Part shown: in pieces, positions 13,498 through 15,131 of the stretch
Position numbering within the stretch: the stretch's first letter is position 1
Layout: every line of letters begins with the position of its first letter
Assembly: GCA_040752415.1 (NCBI GenBank)
Contig: JBFMGU010000257.1
Location: 1 to 15,131, forward strand
Length of the DNA stretch: 15,131 nucleotides
Origin: Myxococcota bacterium
GTDB taxonomy: Bacteria; Myxococcota; JACRCW01
Direction of reading: 5' to 3'
Program-made: the position numbers and the translations under genes
The notes under the pieces: generated by a model
What the model saw: only the letters and a program-made list of their open reading frames with translations
Databases searched by the model: none
What the model was told of the DNA's origin: nothing

Positions 13498-14781
13498 TCA
13501 ACCGGCGGCGAGGATGCGCTGGGCCTCGTCGGCGCGCGCGGGGTCCACGTAGAGCCGGTGCACGCGCACCGCTTCCGAATAGCGCTTGTACAGCGGCGTG
13601 TACTGCTCCACCGGCGTGGTCTGCCCGTTCTCCTCCACGACGTAGATGGGCGCCACATCCGCCTTCAGGAAGTACTTGCTGAGCACGCCCTTGCTCGTGT
13701 GCTCCATGGCGTCAATGCCGTGCTCCTGCAGCTTGCGCGCGAGCTCACCGCCACCGTTGCCCTGGTAGCGCGGGTCATCCTTGAGCACCTTGAAGCCGCG
13801 ACGGGACCGGATGCGCTCCGCCCACCGGCTCTTGCTGCTCCGCAGCGCCATCCACAGCACGGTGTCGTCGTGCTGGACGTACTGCTCCACGTCGGCGGGG
13901 AGAGCGTACTCCCCGGGCGCGTCCAGGAAGTAGCGCGCCAGCATCTCCGCAAAGCACACCGGCGTGTGGTGGTAATAGACGGTGAGGAACATGTGGTAGC
14001 GGCTGAGGAGGAAGTCCTCGAAGCTGAAGATGGCGCGCGCCGCCACGCCCAGGTGCACGCGGGAGTCGCTCTGCGTGGGCACCACGTTCTGGATGAGCCA
14101 GTCCGCGTCGAACTTCCCGTAGTTGACGCCGCTGTAGAAGCTGTCGCGCTGCAGGTAGTCCATGCGGTCCGCGTCCAGCTCACTGCTGACCAGCTGGTGC
14201 AGCACCGGCCCGTAATCCAACCCGCCGCTCAACCACCGCGCCCGGGCGCGTGTCTCCGGCTCGATGAGGTCGGCCACGTCCTGGGGCGTGATGCCGTCGT
14301 CGCCGAAGTGCTGCGTGACCAGGCGGCTCACCTCGCTGTCCAGGATGAGCTTGAGCGTGTAGTCCTCGTGCGTGGCTTGCCGGTCGGCGCCCGTGGCGCG
14401 CGGAATCTGCAGCGCGCTCACGTTGGGCATGATCATCTCGGTGGTGTGGCTGAGCGGCGCGTGGCCCACGTCGTGGAAGAGCACGGCCAGGCGCACCGCC
14501 TGACGGAAACGCGCGCGGTCCTCGGCGGCCAGCTGCGGGCGGTTGGCGTGGTTGCGGCTCTCCTGGCGTTCCGGGAACAGCACGTCAAACAGCCGCGTGG
14601 CCACGTGCATGGCGCCCAGGCTGTGGCTGTAGCGGGTGTGCGTGGCGCCGGGGAAGGCCAGGTCGGCAAACCCCAGCTGCTTGACGTTGCGCAGGCGTTG
14701 GAACGGCTGGCTGTCGACGAGGCGGATCTCCCGCGTGGAGAGCGAGAGCGTACCGTGGATGGGATCCCGGATGTTGATCAT
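13498..14781 (-). CDS. HD-domain phosphohydrolase, SAMHD1/YwfO-like (putative dNTP triphosphohydrolase)
   Basis: IRDPIHG, FQRLRNVKQLG, FPGATHTRYSHSLG, LFHDVGHAPLSH, HEDYT, SSELDADRMDYLQRDS and RYHMFLTVYYH motifs. Confidence 0.93.
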   Translation of the reverse strand: MINIRDPIHGTLSLSTREIRLVDSQPFQRLRNVKQLGFADLAFPGATHTRYSHSLGAMHVATRLFDVLFPERQESRNHANRPQLAAEDRARFRQAVRLAVLFHDVGHAPLSHTTEMIMPNVSALQIPRATGADRQATHEDYTLKLILDSEVSRLVTQHFGDDGITPQDVADLIEPETRARARWLSGGLDYGPVLHQLVSSELDADRMDYLQRDSFYSGVNYGKFDADWLIQNVVPTQSDSRVHLGVAARAIFSFEDFLLSRYHMFLTVYYHHTPVCFAEMLARYFLDAPGEYALPADVEQYVQHDDTVLWMALRSSKSRWAERIRSRRGFKVLKDDPRYQGNGGGELARKLQEHGIDAMEHTSKGVLSKYFLKADVAPIYVVEENGQTTPVEQYTPLYKRYSEAVRVHRLYVDPARADEAQRILAAG

Positions 14782-14800
14782 GGCGCGGCGACGCGCGGCA

Positions 14801-15130
14801 TCAGCCCACCAGCAGGCCGAAAGCTCCGCCCAGCACGCTGGTCAGTCCCAGCATGAGTCCCGCCGCCGCCACCGCGGAGGCAATGGTGATGGCGGTCTTG
14901 CGCGGGTCCTCACGCGGCGAGGGCGTCTCCGGGTACGGCGAGAACTGCAACGCCACCGCGCTGCCCAGCCCCGCCAGGCCAGCCACCACCATCACCGCGC
15001 CCACGCCCAGCACCACGCCGCTGACGATCTTGCCGATCCTCTGCTCCGGGCTGGTGCCGTCCATGGGCGTGTCGGAGGCGCGGGGCACGCTGGCGTCGGC
15101 GGCGGGCGGCTCCGCGGCCGGGGCGGGGGC
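14801..15130 (-). CDS. 3' part of a hypothetical membrane protein (Pro/Ala linker plus two C-terminal TM helices), 5' end outside the window
   Basis: The frame is open from the window end (APAPAAEPPAADASVPRASD...) with no stop before GTG 15088. It has two long hydrophobic segments, and its stop lies 19 nt before the HD gene start. Confidence 0.7.
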   Translation of the reverse strand, partial: APAPAAEPPAADASVPRASDTPMDGTSPEQRIGKIVSGVVLGVGAVMVVAGLAGLGSAVALQFSPYPETPSPREDPRKTAITIASAVAAAGLMLGLTSVLGGAFGLLVG

Positions 15131-15131
15131 C

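Overview
High-GC (about 70% by eye) bacterial chromosomal segment, most consistent with Myxococcota (DAG-rich Cys-rich lipoprotein, PEGA protein, Pro-rich secreted proteins, RNase J alongside CyaY). The minus-strand run from 7994 to 153 encodes, in order: a DUF2203 protein, a Pro/His-repeat surface protein with a C-terminal anchor, a small membrane protein, a UDP-glucuronate 4-epimerase-like SDR, RNase J, two tandem TetR regulators, a RimJ/RimL-type GNAT and a membrane-anchored TPR-like protein. The plus strand then carries a Cys-rich lipoprotein, cyaY and a 784-aa tandem, highly degenerate acyl-CoA dehydrogenase-like fusion. The right part holds a Zn-motif/DUF5655/SRPBCC-like fusion, a SirB1/YchA protein, a PEGA protein, an HD-domain (SAMHD1/YwfO-like) phosphohydrolase and a truncated membrane protein. 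Non-coding highlights are a 136-bp element with inverted arms built from a variable number of RAGTCAG heptamers just upstream of rnj, and a lower-GC left edge with a 70-nt hairpin that looks like an IS end or leader. I see no rRNA, tRNA or CRISPR array. I cannot demonstrate a single complete novel system. The best leads are the heptamer inverted-repeat element, the double pseudo-ACAD and the TetR pair sharing a nearly identical HTH helix-3 segment. All family assignments are from motif recognition by eye, with no database searches.
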